A stretch of DNA of 24,230 nucleotides from positions 1 to 24,230 of the IMG/VR virus record IMGVR_UViG_3300008255_000465, one strand, 5' to 3'. Positions within the stretch are counted from its first letter, which is position 1. Every line of letters starts with the position of its first letter. This DNA is from a virus. Its lineage: Duplodnaviria; Caudoviricetes. Shown in pieces: positions 1 to 7,913 of this stretch. The notes under the pieces were generated by a model that ran no database searches, was not told where the DNA came from, and saw nothing but the letters and a program-made list of their open reading frames with translations. The translations under genes were made by a program, and so were the position numbers.

Positions 1-417
1 CTTGAAGGTCGTGAAGTGAAGCCACTCGCATTCAGCGTCCTTCCCGTCGATCTGGATTATCCCGCGCTGGACGTGCTGCTTTCCGAAGAGGACGACGTCG
101 CTTCGGCGGACGCCCTTGTCGAAGAGACGGGTCAGCTTCCGAATGCGCCGGTCGATCTGCCGCTTCCTCTCGCGTGTTTCCCGTGAAACAAATTTGAGGT
201 GCTGGCGGCAGATAAACTCGACATCGTCGCCGTACTTCTCAGCAGAGATCGTCCGCTTGCAGAACGGAACGACGCACGAAACGCGCGGGCCGATGAACTT
301 CACCCCTCTCCTCCGCACTTGTTGCAGACATTGAGGCAGTCGACCTTGCTCTCGCATACGCAGACGCCAGCGGCGCACCGCCTCACCGGCGCGGTCTTCG
401 ATGGTGCGTTCGGTCAT
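1..417 (-). CDS. Hypothetical protein, truncated at window edge, with C-x4-C...C-x2-H zinc-finger-like motif
   Basis: Open frame from ATG 417 (ATGA overlap with upstream stop) to the edge; alternative GTG start at 303 preceded by GGAGGAG; reads ...SCVVPFCKRTISAEKYGDDVEFICRQH... Confidence 0.7.
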   Translation of the reverse strand, partial: MTERTIEDRAGEAVRRWRLRMREQGRLPQCLQQVRRRGVKFIGPRVSCVVPFCKRTISAEKYGDDVEFICRQHLKFVSRETRERKRQIDRRIRKLTRLFDKGVRRSDVVLFGKQHVQRGIIQIDGKDAECEWLHFTTFK

Positions 418-692
418 GACGAGGCTCCGTCGATAAGCGCGTAGCGACCAGTGCCGACCCACTTGATCTTCTTGTCGCGTTCGAGGCGCTTCACAGCGGC
501 AGGACTGAGACGGCCACCGCCTTCCCATTCACCGACCGGGCCGTCACCAAAATCGACAAAGTAGGATGTCAGCTTGGGCGGTTTGACGAGCGTCGCTCCG
601 GGCCGCTGCAGAGCGCCCAGAACTCGGTCGATCACGCTAGCGTCCGCGCGGGCCTCTATAGAGGCGGTGCTTTCTCCGGTGTCTGGCTGCAT
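414..692 (-). CDS. Hypothetical protein (92 aa)
   Basis: ATG 692 with GGGGAG RBS, directly after the upstream stop; same strand as the operon. Confidence 0.65.
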   Translation of the reverse strand: MQPDTGESTASIEARADASVIDRVLGALQRPGATLVKPPKLTSYFVDFGDGPVGEWEGGGRLSPAAVKRLERDKKIKWVGTGRYALIDGASS

Positions 693-694
693 GC

Positions 695-1405
695 TCACTC
701 CCCATCGTGCTCGATGAACTCTTCGCGCGGGTCTTTCGGGTTGCCGGTCACGAACATCATGTGGACGCCGGTATGAGCGGCCTCGCGAATGATGTCGGGC
801 GAGACGTTGAAGGCCATCGCGGCTTCGGCGATGCTCACGCGCTCGCGCATCTGGCAGGCCGCCCACATGGAAACGGCGCTGGCAAAATCCATGAAGTAGA
901 TGCCGGGCTCTTCTCCGTCGCAGCCGTAGCCTTCGAGAAAATCGGATCGGGTGAGTTGTTCGCTCATGTTGCTCTCACTTTCGGGTTCGGTCGTAGGGAA
1001 GAGGTCAGCCACAGCCTTCTTGGATCGGCGCGTTTCAGCCGCGTTCGCGGCATGTAGTTCCGCGTCATAGGCGAGGTGGCACTTCTGGCACCAGGCTTTG
1101 AGGTTCTCATCTGCGCAGTTGCGCGGATCGTGATCGAGATGCGCGACGGTCAGGACGATCTTCACGAAGCGGCCTGCCGGCAGATCGCTTCCGCGGATCA
1201 TCCCGAGAAGTTCGCCGGTCGATGCATCGAAGGTCTTGCCGTCTTCAAGCGTGTAAGCGCTGCCGTCCTTGTGCCGCATGACGGTCTCGCCGTTCGGAGC
1301 GCCGCACTGCTCGCACTTGCCCTTGGCACGCTCCACGCGGATGCGCTGGCTGATCTCCTTCCAGTCCGGCGGGTAGAGCGCGCGCATTTCGGGGCGGATC
1401 GGCAT
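695..1405 (-). CDS. HNH-family nuclease-like protein with an additional C-terminal domain
   Basis: CEQC...LTVAHLDHDPRNCADENLKAWCQKCHLAYD motif; TAATG coupling to the upstream gene; internal ATG at 967 with GAGAG upstream. Confidence 0.8.
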   Translation of the reverse strand: MPIRPEMRALYPPDWKEISQRIRVERAKGKCEQCGAPNGETVMRHKDGSAYTLEDGKTFDASTGELLGMIRGSDLPAGRFVKIVLTVAHLDHDPRNCADENLKAWCQKCHLAYDAELHAANAAETRRSKKAVADLFPTTEPESESNMSEQLTRSDFLEGYGCDGEEPGIYFMDFASAVSMWAACQMRERVSIAEAAMAFNVSPDIIREAAHTGVHMMFVTGNPKDPREEFIEHDGE

Positions 1406-2217
1406 TACGCGGCCCTCCCCTTGAGGAAGTCGTCGACGTTCATCTGATGCGGCTCAAACGAGACGGCGACGACCCACGGGTTCACGTCCCATCCGAAGCC
1501 GCGCTTCTCGTTGATGCTGTTCCAAAGGGCTCGAAATAGTTTCTTGGCGGTATCGCAGTCGGCACAATCGACTTCCATTACGCCAAGATTTGCGCCGAGC
1601 GCACCGTGGACGCCCCAGCCGCCACACGTTTCGCAGTACGAGCGGCCCTCTTCCTCGCCGTAAACCTCCGCAATCGGATGATGGTCGAAGCCGAACGGCA
1701 CGCCCTCTGCAAGGGCATCTTCTTCGCTGATATCCTGCACCCGTTCGATCTTGACGGCGGTCACTTCCAGTGTGAGGCGCGATGCCCATCGGGGCATGTG
1801 CATGCCATGACGGAAGCGGCTTTCCCATCGGCTGTCGAGCCTGTCGGCGATGTAGAGCAGATCGCTCGTCGGGGTCATGTCGGACGGCTTGAGCTCGTCG
1901 AGTTCGCACAGGGCCTGCCAGTGCTCCCGAACATAGAGGATGTAGCCGACGAGAAAGGGTGGCACCGTTCCTTTGCCACAGATGCCAGGCCGGTCGAGGA
2001 CTGCATCGACAAACTGCCACCCCATGAAGCCGGTCCACTGCTCGTATTTCGCACCGAGTGTTTCGCGCTGTTCCTGGGTCACCTCGCGGTAGAGGTTTTG
2101 GTCCCGAAGGACGCGCCGCGTCATGGTCTTGCCTGTGCCAGGCGCTTCGATCTCCCGGAGGATCGCGCGGACCATCGGGCCGGAGAAGAGGATAGGCTTC
2201 ACGTCAGGCGTCTTCAT
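1405..2217 (-). CDS. ASCH/PUA-like phage protein with inserted Cys4 zinc ribbon
   Basis: PILFSGPMVRAIL..KTMTRR N-terminus, HMPRWASRLTLEVTAVKIERVQDISEEDALAEG, and WDVNPWVVAVSF C-terminus typical of this phage family. Confidence 0.8.
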   Translation of the reverse strand: MKTPDVKPILFSGPMVRAILREIEAPGTGKTMTRRVLRDQNLYREVTQEQRETLGAKYEQWTGFMGWQFVDAVLDRPGICGKGTVPPFLVGYILYVREHWQALCELDELKPSDMTPTSDLLYIADRLDSRWESRFRHGMHMPRWASRLTLEVTAVKIERVQDISEEDALAEGVPFGFDHHPIAEVYGEEEGRSYCETCGGWGVHGALGANLGVMEVDCADCDTAKKLFRALWNSINEKRGFGWDVNPWVVAVSFEPHQMNVDDFLKGRAA

Positions 2218-2816
2218 ACCGTAATCTCCTTGAGCGCCTCGTCGCGCGCGGCATTCAATTCGGACATCGCCGCGTTCGATCCGCCCGGCTTGTCAGGGTG
2301 GCAACGCTGCGCCATCAGCAGAAAGGCACCCTCAATCCGCTCGCGCGTGATCCAGCCGTAGGGCTCGGTGAAGCCGAGCACCTCGCGCCACGCGCGCTTG
2401 GCGCCGGGCGCCGCCAGCGCCATGAAGCCGGTAAAGGCACGCTCCATCATGTGGGCGCCGCCGTGGCGGTGCAGCGCGCGGAACGCCTCGACCGCAAGCC
2501 CGAGCGAGCGGATGTTGTCGCGCCAGTCGGCGTAGGCGTCGCGCGCCATCACCATCGGCTTGTCCTTGAGCGTGAAATAAACGGCGATCCCCGGATCAGC
2601 GATGCCGCTTTGCTTCGTGTACGGCCGGTGAAAGGTGTTCAGCGTCAGGTTGCTCGAGAGAACAATGTTCTTCGCGCCAAGTTTCCCGAGCTCGTCGCAG
2701 AGGTCGTCGATCGCTTTTCCGACCTGCACCTGAAACTGGCTCGTCTGTTGCCGCTTGCCGGGCTCGGTGCGCGGCCATCCTTCCGGCCACTGCAACGGGT
2801 ATGCTTCTGCCGTCAT
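2214..2816 (-). CDS. Phage DnaJ (J-domain) protein
   Basis: C-terminal J domain (WREVLG...CHPDKPGGSNAAMSELNAARDEA) with HPD; YPLQWPEGWPRT N-terminus typical of phage J proteins. Confidence 0.88.
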   Translation of the reverse strand: MTAEAYPLQWPEGWPRTEPGKRQQTSQFQVQVGKAIDDLCDELGKLGAKNIVLSSNLTLNTFHRPYTKQSGIADPGIAVYFTLKDKPMVMARDAYADWRDNIRSLGLAVEAFRALHRHGGAHMMERAFTGFMALAAPGAKRAWREVLGFTEPYGWITRERIEGAFLLMAQRCHPDKPGGSNAAMSELNAARDEALKEITV

Positions 2817-3043
2817 TCTCCGATCTCCGTTTTTGCGATGGCGTCCTTGACCCGATACTCGTTCTCTTGAAGCCAGCGTAGGGTGACGAGAACCGCCTCC
2901 ATGCGCGCTATGTGCAAGTCGGCCTCACCCTGACGCATCGTCTTCCGGCGGACCTGGCCGGGATAAACCCGCTGCCGCATCGCGAGCTCGCGCTCGACCT
3001 CTTCAATCTGGTGCCGAAGCGGAACCCTCTCAGCCGCCATCAT
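2813..3043 (-). CDS. Conserved small phage protein (76 aa)
   Basis: ATG 3043/3040 after GAGAGGA RBS; QIEEVERELAMRQRVYP motif; ATGA coupling downstream. Confidence 0.75.
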   Translation of the reverse strand: MMAAERVPLRHQIEEVERELAMRQRVYPGQVRRKTMRQGEADLHIARMEAVLVTLRWLQENEYRVKDAIAKTEIGE

Positions 3044-3290
3044 CGTTTTCCTCTCTCGCGGCCTCGACGCACGCGAGCCGGGCCTGCCTATACCAATCGC
3101 CAGCGTGCTTGATCGCGTCACCGACGCCCGCCTCCTCATACGCGCGCCACGCGCGCATAAGGTCGTCGTGGAGCCGTTGGGGGACGCGGACCCAATGAGA
3201 AGCGCAGAGGAAGTCGCGCCGCTCGATCTCGACGCCGCATCCCTCGACCGCGCATCTATGAGGGCCGCGAGCATCACCGCTCCCATTCAT
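3030..3290 (-). CDS. Small zinc-finger-like protein (C-x4-C...C-x2-H-W)
   Basis: CAVEGC...FLCASHWVRVP motif; overlaps neighbours in operon fashion. Confidence 0.7.
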   Translation of the reverse strand: MNGSGDARGPHRCAVEGCGVEIERRDFLCASHWVRVPQRLHDDLMRAWRAYEEAGVGDAIKHAGDWYRQARLACVEAAREENDDGG

Positions 3291-3561
3291 TGAGTTGCCG
3301 CTCCCGCCGCATCATCGCGCGCCCTACCGGTGTAATGACGGCGAGGACGTTGCCGAGAGGGTGGCGCGCCTTGGGTGCGGTGATCTCTGGGCGAAGCCAG
3401 CCGAGTTTCACGCAATCGTGAAACCCCTCGACCGATCCGCCGTCTATCCAGAGCCGGTCGGCACCGCGCGGGAGGAAGCCGGTATAGGCCATCGCCCGCA
3501 TGGTCGGCATCGCGTAGCCGCGCGCGACAATAAGCGTCCGCCGCCATGATCGAATTGCCAT
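3274..3561 (-). CDS. Hypothetical protein (95 aa)
   Basis: TAATG coupling at 3561; fills the gap in the operon. Confidence 0.6.
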   Translation of the reverse strand: MAIRSWRRTLIVARGYAMPTMRAMAYTGFLPRGADRLWIDGGSVEGFHDCVKLGWLRPEITAPKARHPLGNVLAVITPVGRAMMRRERQLNEWER

Positions 3562-3815
3562 TAGCATTCCGCGCCCTCCCGATACTTCTCGTCGCCGACG
3601 AGGGTCGCGACCGTTACGCCAAGGGCGTCGGCGAACTGGACAACGCGGAAGGCTTCAAGCCTTTTCGATCCGTCCTCGTATCGCTTCATCAGCTTGACGT
3701 TGATGCCAACCCGCTCGGCGAGCGCCTCGGCGCTTATCTCGAGCGAAATGCGGATCGCCTTCATCCGCGTGCGGAGATCGTGCTCGATCTCGTCTCTTTC
3801 CCTTATGCCGGCCAT
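3561..3815 (-). CDS. XRE-family HTH regulator
   Basis: RMKAIRISLEISAEALAERVGINVKLMKRYEDG...FADALGVTVATL; TGATG coupling. Confidence 0.88.
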   Translation of the reverse strand: MAGIRERDEIEHDLRTRMKAIRISLEISAEALAERVGINVKLMKRYEDGSKRLEAFRVVQFADALGVTVATLVGDEKYREGAEC

Positions 3816-4501
3816 CAATGAGCTCTCCCCCGGCGCAGGTTGATGTGATGCTTCGCCGTATGCTTCACATCCGGGTCCATGTTCGCCTGCCCCTCAATCC
3901 ATGTGAGGTACTCGTATGGCACCTGCTCCCACTTCTTGCCGCGATGCTTTCCAAACTGGACCGTCGGCAAAAGCGATGGCCCTCCGGTCCAATTGATCAT
4001 CTGTTCGACCGTTGCCCCGGCATCGAGCAGCGCGACGATCAGGTGGGCGGTCACATAGGCGTCAGGCCCCGCACGATGAGCGAGATCGGCGATTTCGCGG
4101 ATAACCGGAAGACCGAGGTAGTAGCGGAGAACCTGATTGCTGTGGCCTGGCGCTTCGGGGAAGACTTGGCGCGCCGCTTTGAGCGTGCAAATCCACGGCT
4201 TGTCGCCGCCCTTGAAAAACTCGCGTTCGAACGGCGCATTGTGGGCGGCCCAAACGTCGAAATTCCCCTCCTGCATCTTCCGGAAAGCGATGTCGAGCGG
4301 CGGCGCATCCGCGAGGTCCGCCTCCGTGATGTGGTGACCGGCCTTCGCAGCCGGATCGATGACCGCCTTCGGATTGCAGAGCATCGAGAACGGCTCTCCG
4401 ACCTTGCGCGTTTCGGTATCGACGTCGCAAATGCCGACCTCAATAACTTGCGCCTTGGGCGGGAGCCCGGTCGTTTCAAAGTCGAGAAGACGAATAATCA
4501 T
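3815..4501 (-). CDS. DEDDh 3'-5' exonuclease, exodeoxyribonuclease X-like, with C-terminal FGKHRG (DUF3820-like) domain
   Basis: DFETTG (ExoI), AHNAPFE (ExoII), HRAGPD (ExoIII), FGKHRGKKWEQVPYEYLTW; ATGA-coupled start at 4501. Confidence 0.92.
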   Translation of the reverse strand: MIIRLLDFETTGLPPKAQVIEVGICDVDTETRKVGEPFSMLCNPKAVIDPAAKAGHHITEADLADAPPLDIAFRKMQEGNFDVWAAHNAPFEREFFKGGDKPWICTLKAARQVFPEAPGHSNQVLRYYLGLPVIREIADLAHRAGPDAYVTAHLIVALLDAGATVEQMINWTGGPSLLPTVQFGKHRGKKWEQVPYEYLTWIEGQANMDPDVKHTAKHHINLRRGRAH

Positions 4502-4803
4502 TGCAGTGGCCTCCCACTCATTGCGCTCTGCATCGTTTCGACGGGGCCGCCCACCATCTGCAGTGCCTTGAAAACCGAAACCCAGAAGATCGACGGCCGC
4601 ACCGCGTCCGGGAGCGTTGAAAACTCTTCGGTGAAGGTGATTTGTGCGATCGTAGACGCGGCAATGAGAGCGACCATCAGGTCGCCGTCCGTCGGCGGCA
4701 GGGAGATCATCTCGGCGGACAGCTTCGGAAGATGCTTCCGATAGACGCCGATAATCTCGTCCCTCAGAGCGTCGAGCGCTTGGTTCATGCTCTCTTGGCT
4801 CAT
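4498..4803 (-). CDS. Hypothetical protein (101 aa)
   Basis: ATGA overlaps at both ends. Confidence 0.65.
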   Translation of the reverse strand: MSQESMNQALDALRDEIIGVYRKHLPKLSAEMISLPPTDGDLMVALIAASTIAQITFTEEFSTLPDAVRPSIFWVSVFKALQMVGGPVETMQSAMSGRPLQ

Positions 4804-5015
4804 GACGCCCGCCTTTCGCCGCGGCGGCGCGCGCACTCGCGCTTGCCCTGATGCGGCATATAGCGGCTGCGCGAAAACCGGCGGAAGAGTGCAACCGGCG
4901 AGATGCGCCGGTAACGCTTCGACGATTGCGAGGCAGCTTCCTCTCGCGCCTCTGCGGCAGCGAGCACGCGTTCGAAAGCGCGTACAGGGGCAGTTGGGTT
5001 CCAGAACCGCATCAC
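4800..5015 (-). CDS. Hypothetical basic protein (about 70 aa)
   Basis: Start overlaps the upstream stop (GTGATG), stop overlaps the next ATG. Confidence 0.55.
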   Translation of the reverse strand: MMRFWNPTAPVRAFERVLAAAEAREEAASQSSKRYRRISPVALFRRFSRSRYMPHQGKRECARRRGERRAS

Positions 5016-6199
5016 TCACCGCCTTCCTGGGCGGCGGGCTTCGTCGGCTCGTCGTAGCCCTCGAGCCACGCCTCGAGTTCCTTCTCGTGCCCGGGCTCGC
5101 GGAACTCGCCCGGGATCGCCTTGCGCATCATCCCCTTGGCGCGCGCTTCCCGACCGCGCTTCCGGGCGGCGTCGAGATCGGGCTCCTTCGCCTTCTCTTC
5201 CGCCTTGGCGTCGTCCGCCTTCTTGCCATCGGCGGGTTTCTCCTCCTTCGCCGATGCGGCCCCCTTCTTTTCCTCCTGCTTCTCGGCGTCGGCCTTCTTC
5301 CCGCCCTTCGCCTTGTCGTCGCCGGCATCCGCCTTCGCATCGGCCGGAGCCTTTTCGCCATCCTTCTTGGCGAGATCGTTCAGACCCTCCTTCATGCTCC
5401 TCTTGCCGCCCTCGCCAGAGCCAGCGGCGCCGAGCGAGAAAATATTGTCGATTGTCTCCTCGCCGTTCTTGATCGCCGAGGCCATGCCTTTGAGCGTGAC
5501 GATGTGCTCGAGCGTGATGTCGTCGACACCGTTGATACCGAGCGTAAGGAACACGCGGTCGGGCGTGACGCCCAGCTTCATAAACCGCTGCATGACCTTG
5601 TCGCGCGTATCCACGATGGTTTCGGCGTCACCCTTCACCACGTCGACGACGGCCTCGTAGGCACCGCGCCAGACCGGCTTCGGAACGCCGCCGAGGATCG
5701 CGTTGCGCTTTGCAATCGAGCACGCGGCATTGCCGGTCATCGTGATCATGTCGTCGTTATAGATATTGCCCTTGCTGTCGCTGATCCGGCGGCGAACGCG
5801 GCAGAGGACCGCCGAGTTCGTTTCAAGGTCGTGGAAAACGCCTTCGGCCTCGACATATTTTTCGATGCGGTCGACGTGGACGACACGCGCCGCGACGCGG
5901 CAGTTGCCCCACTGGTTCTGAATGATCTCGGCGAGCCGGACGCTTGGCCCTTCGATCTTCTTTCCGCCGCGCGGGAGCGCGTACATGCACTCCTCCGCGG
6001 TTTCCTCGTCGAGCACCGCGAGTTGCAGGATGCCCTTCTTCGCGCGGTCGACGCTGCGCGGAAAGTTGCGTGCCGTTGCGATCTGCATGTCGATCTCGGC
6101 GCGCGAGAGGCTGACCGCCATGCTGCTGTCGGCTACGTCGTAGCCGGACATTTCGGAGACGACCTCACCATCTGCGGTGATGATCTCTTGGTTTGCCAT
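5012..6199 (-). CDS. Putative single-strand annealing protein (RecT/Rad52-like) with charged linker and RMF-like tail (395 aa)
   Basis: AGGAGA RBS, ATG 6199; AEIDMQIATARNFPRS...CMYALPRGGKKIEGPSVRLAE...WGN core seen in phage recombination modules; lies downstream of the YqaJ exonuclease. Function inferred. Confidence 0.65.
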   Translation of the reverse strand: MANQEIITADGEVVSEMSGYDVADSSMAVSLSRAEIDMQIATARNFPRSVDRAKKGILQLAVLDEETAEECMYALPRGGKKIEGPSVRLAEIIQNQWGNCRVAARVVHVDRIEKYVEAEGVFHDLETNSAVLCRVRRRISDSKGNIYNDDMITMTGNAACSIAKRNAILGGVPKPVWRGAYEAVVDVVKGDAETIVDTRDKVMQRFMKLGVTPDRVFLTLGINGVDDITLEHIVTLKGMASAIKNGEETIDNIFSLGAAGSGEGGKRSMKEGLNDLAKKDGEKAPADAKADAGDDKAKGGKKADAEKQEEKKGAASAKEEKPADGKKADDAKAEEKAKEPDLDAARKRGREARAKGMMRKAIPGEFREPGHEKELEAWLEGYDEPTKPAAQEGGE

Positions 6200-6239
6200 T
6201 TCGTTTTCTCCTGTGCGCGCTTTGCGCGCGGCTGAGGGG

Positions 6240-6647
6240 TTAGAGGGGAGAGACGTTCTTGTCGTCGAGCGCCCCGCCTGCGGCGACGTGCGCTTGAACG
6301 GCCTCGAGGTTGCGAGTTGCAAGCTCGACTTGGTCGCTATCGGCGTTGGGGCTCGCGAAAATCTCTTGCGCCTGGCGCTGAATATCGGCCCACGTCGGCG
6401 CGCACGCTTCGCAGAGGATAGGATCGTCGGCGCAGCGGTGGCCGGGCTCTCCGGTAAAGAGGAGCTTGTCGCACCCCTCACACTTCCCGGCGACGTCCGC
6501 GTCGATGCCGGCCAGCAGCATGTCGCGCGTCGCCTCGAGAGCGGTCAGGGCGGCGCGGTACGGCTTCATCGCGTCGTAAATGGACTGCTCGGCAGCGGCG
6601 AGCCCATCGAGCTTCTCCCGCAAGGCGTCCCGTTCTTCGTCCGTCAT
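6240..6647 (-). CDS. Hypothetical protein with Cys-rich zinc-binding motif
   Basis: GGAGA RBS; N-terminal coiled coil then CEGC...C..D...LCEAC. Confidence 0.75.
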   Translation of the reverse strand: MTDEERDALREKLDGLAAAEQSIYDAMKPYRAALTALEATRDMLLAGIDADVAGKCEGCDKLLFTGEPGHRCADDPILCEACAPTWADIQRQAQEIFASPNADSDQVELATRNLEAVQAHVAAGGALDDKNVSPL

Positions 6648-6683
6648 TGGTCTTCTCCGTTGCGCCGTCGGCGCGGGTTGAAA

Positions 6684-6766
6684 GTTGTGAGGCGGGCCGG
6701 ATTTGAACCGGCTTCGACCTTGCTTTGGCCTACCGCCTTTCCGGCGAGCGCTCGCCGCCGCCTCAC
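6684..6766 (-). ncRNA. tRNA-like structured RNA (non-canonical cloverleaf)
   Basis: Minus strand: GTGAGGCGG/CCGCCTCAC closing stem stacked on a perfect T-arm GCCGG-TTCAAAT-CCGGC; two internal hairpins; intergenic and sense to the operon; no canonical D-arm or anticodon arm. Confidence 0.65.
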
Positions 6767-6797
6767 TCCGGCCCCCCGAAGGCGACCGGAACCTCGC

Positions 6798-7616
6798 TCA
6801 GCGGAACTGCGCCTTCACGTCCTCGCAGATGCGGACGCCGGGCAGCGGCTCCTTGTCCTCGTTGACCTTGATGAAGCTCTTGATCGCCTTCTCGACTTCC
6901 GCGCGCTTCAAGTACGGCCGCAGCTTGTCGAGCGGGATCGACGAGTAGTCGGTGATCTCGAAAGCGAACTCGCTCTTCGCGCGCGATTTGACGCCCGAAG
7001 AGAACGTCTGCTGTTCGACGAGTTTCGATGCAGGCGCGGCTACCGCCGCCGCCGCTTCGTCGACACGCTCAGCGAGTTCTTCCGATTGATCGGCCAGGCT
7101 CTCGGCCTTCGCTTCGTGCTTCGCTGCAGCCTTTGGGCGGTTGCGTTCGGCCTCGCGCTCGGCGATCTCGCGCTGCCGTTCCTGCTCTTCTTCGACGCGG
7201 CGCTGTTCTTCCTCGATGCGCCGCTGCTCTTCCGCGCGCTTGCGGCGCTCCTCAGCGGCGACCTTTCGCGCGTGCTCGTCGGCGATATCCTGAAAGGTGT
7301 CGGCGATGCGCGTCAGTCGGTCGTGAAAATTGTTGAAAAACCCGTCGACGTCGCGGCCCGCCTGCAAGTGCGGGGCCTTCTCTTCGGTTCGAAACGCGTC
7401 GACCCGCTTCGCCAGCTTCCGGGCGTCAACAATCAGCGTGCCGATGACTTCGACCTGCTCGTTCGCCTCGATGGTCCGCGGCGTCTCGTTCGCGCGTTCG
7501 GCAAGGCCGTTTACTTCGTTACGGAGCTCTTCGTACTTCTCAGCCAAGAGCTCCTTCAAGCTCGGCGGGTTGTTGTGATCCTTCGGGTGCGATCCCGACG
7601 TATCGACGGCGTTCAT
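6798..7616 (-). CDS. Coiled-coil phage protein of the recombination module (Gam/Gp157-like architecture)
   Basis: Long E/R/A-rich helix; C-terminal EITDYSSIP...LPGVRICED pattern; located between exonuclease and annealase. Confidence 0.7.
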   Translation of the reverse strand: MNAVDTSGSHPKDHNNPPSLKELLAEKYEELRNEVNGLAERANETPRTIEANEQVEVIGTLIVDARKLAKRVDAFRTEEKAPHLQAGRDVDGFFNNFHDRLTRIADTFQDIADEHARKVAAEERRKRAEEQRRIEEEQRRVEEEQERQREIAEREAERNRPKAAAKHEAKAESLADQSEELAERVDEAAAAVAAPASKLVEQQTFSSGVKSRAKSEFAFEITDYSSIPLDKLRPYLKRAEVEKAIKSFIKVNEDKEPLPGVRICEDVKAQFR

Positions 7617-7645
7617 GGGGGCGTCCTGTTTCGGTTTGGGGGTAT

Positions 7646-7670
7646 CGGGCGGCGCGCGCAGCGCCGCCCG
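7646..7670. other. Intergenic GC hairpin
   Basis: CGGGCGGCGC-5 nt-GCGCCGCCCG, perfect 10-bp stem, no U-tract. Confidence 0.45.
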
Positions 7671-7686
7671 TCGTATGCGGCGCCAG

Positions 7687-7872
7687 TTATTCCGGGCGGC
7701 AGAGGGTGCTCTCGTCCCACCACTGCTCTGTGGCGACGCCAGCGTTGTTCTTGTACCGAAGGAGATACTGGCGGCCGTGCTCGCTGTGCTCGGCGTGCGA
7801 GATCACTTCGCCGACCTCTCCGCTGATCTTGATCTCGGCCTTGTCGCCGTTCTGGAAAAGAAATTCGCCCAT
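7687..7872 (-). CDS. Small SH3/KOW-like beta-barrel protein (61 aa)
   Basis: AGGAGA RBS, ATG 7872; FQNGDKAEIKISGEVGEVI...YLLRY...EQWWDESTL pattern. Confidence 0.75.
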   Translation of the reverse strand: MGEFLFQNGDKAEIKISGEVGEVISHAEHSEHGRQYLLRYKNNAGVATEQWWDESTLCRPE

Positions 7873-7913
7873 GTTTGATTTCTCCTGTGATGGGGCTAGG
7901 GGTACTCGCTCGG

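Noticed and set aside
6684-6766. Canonical tRNA call (anticodon AGC)
   Set aside because: No U8, D-loop GG or U33, only a 4-bp anticodon-like stem and no encoded CCA; kept only as tRNA-like
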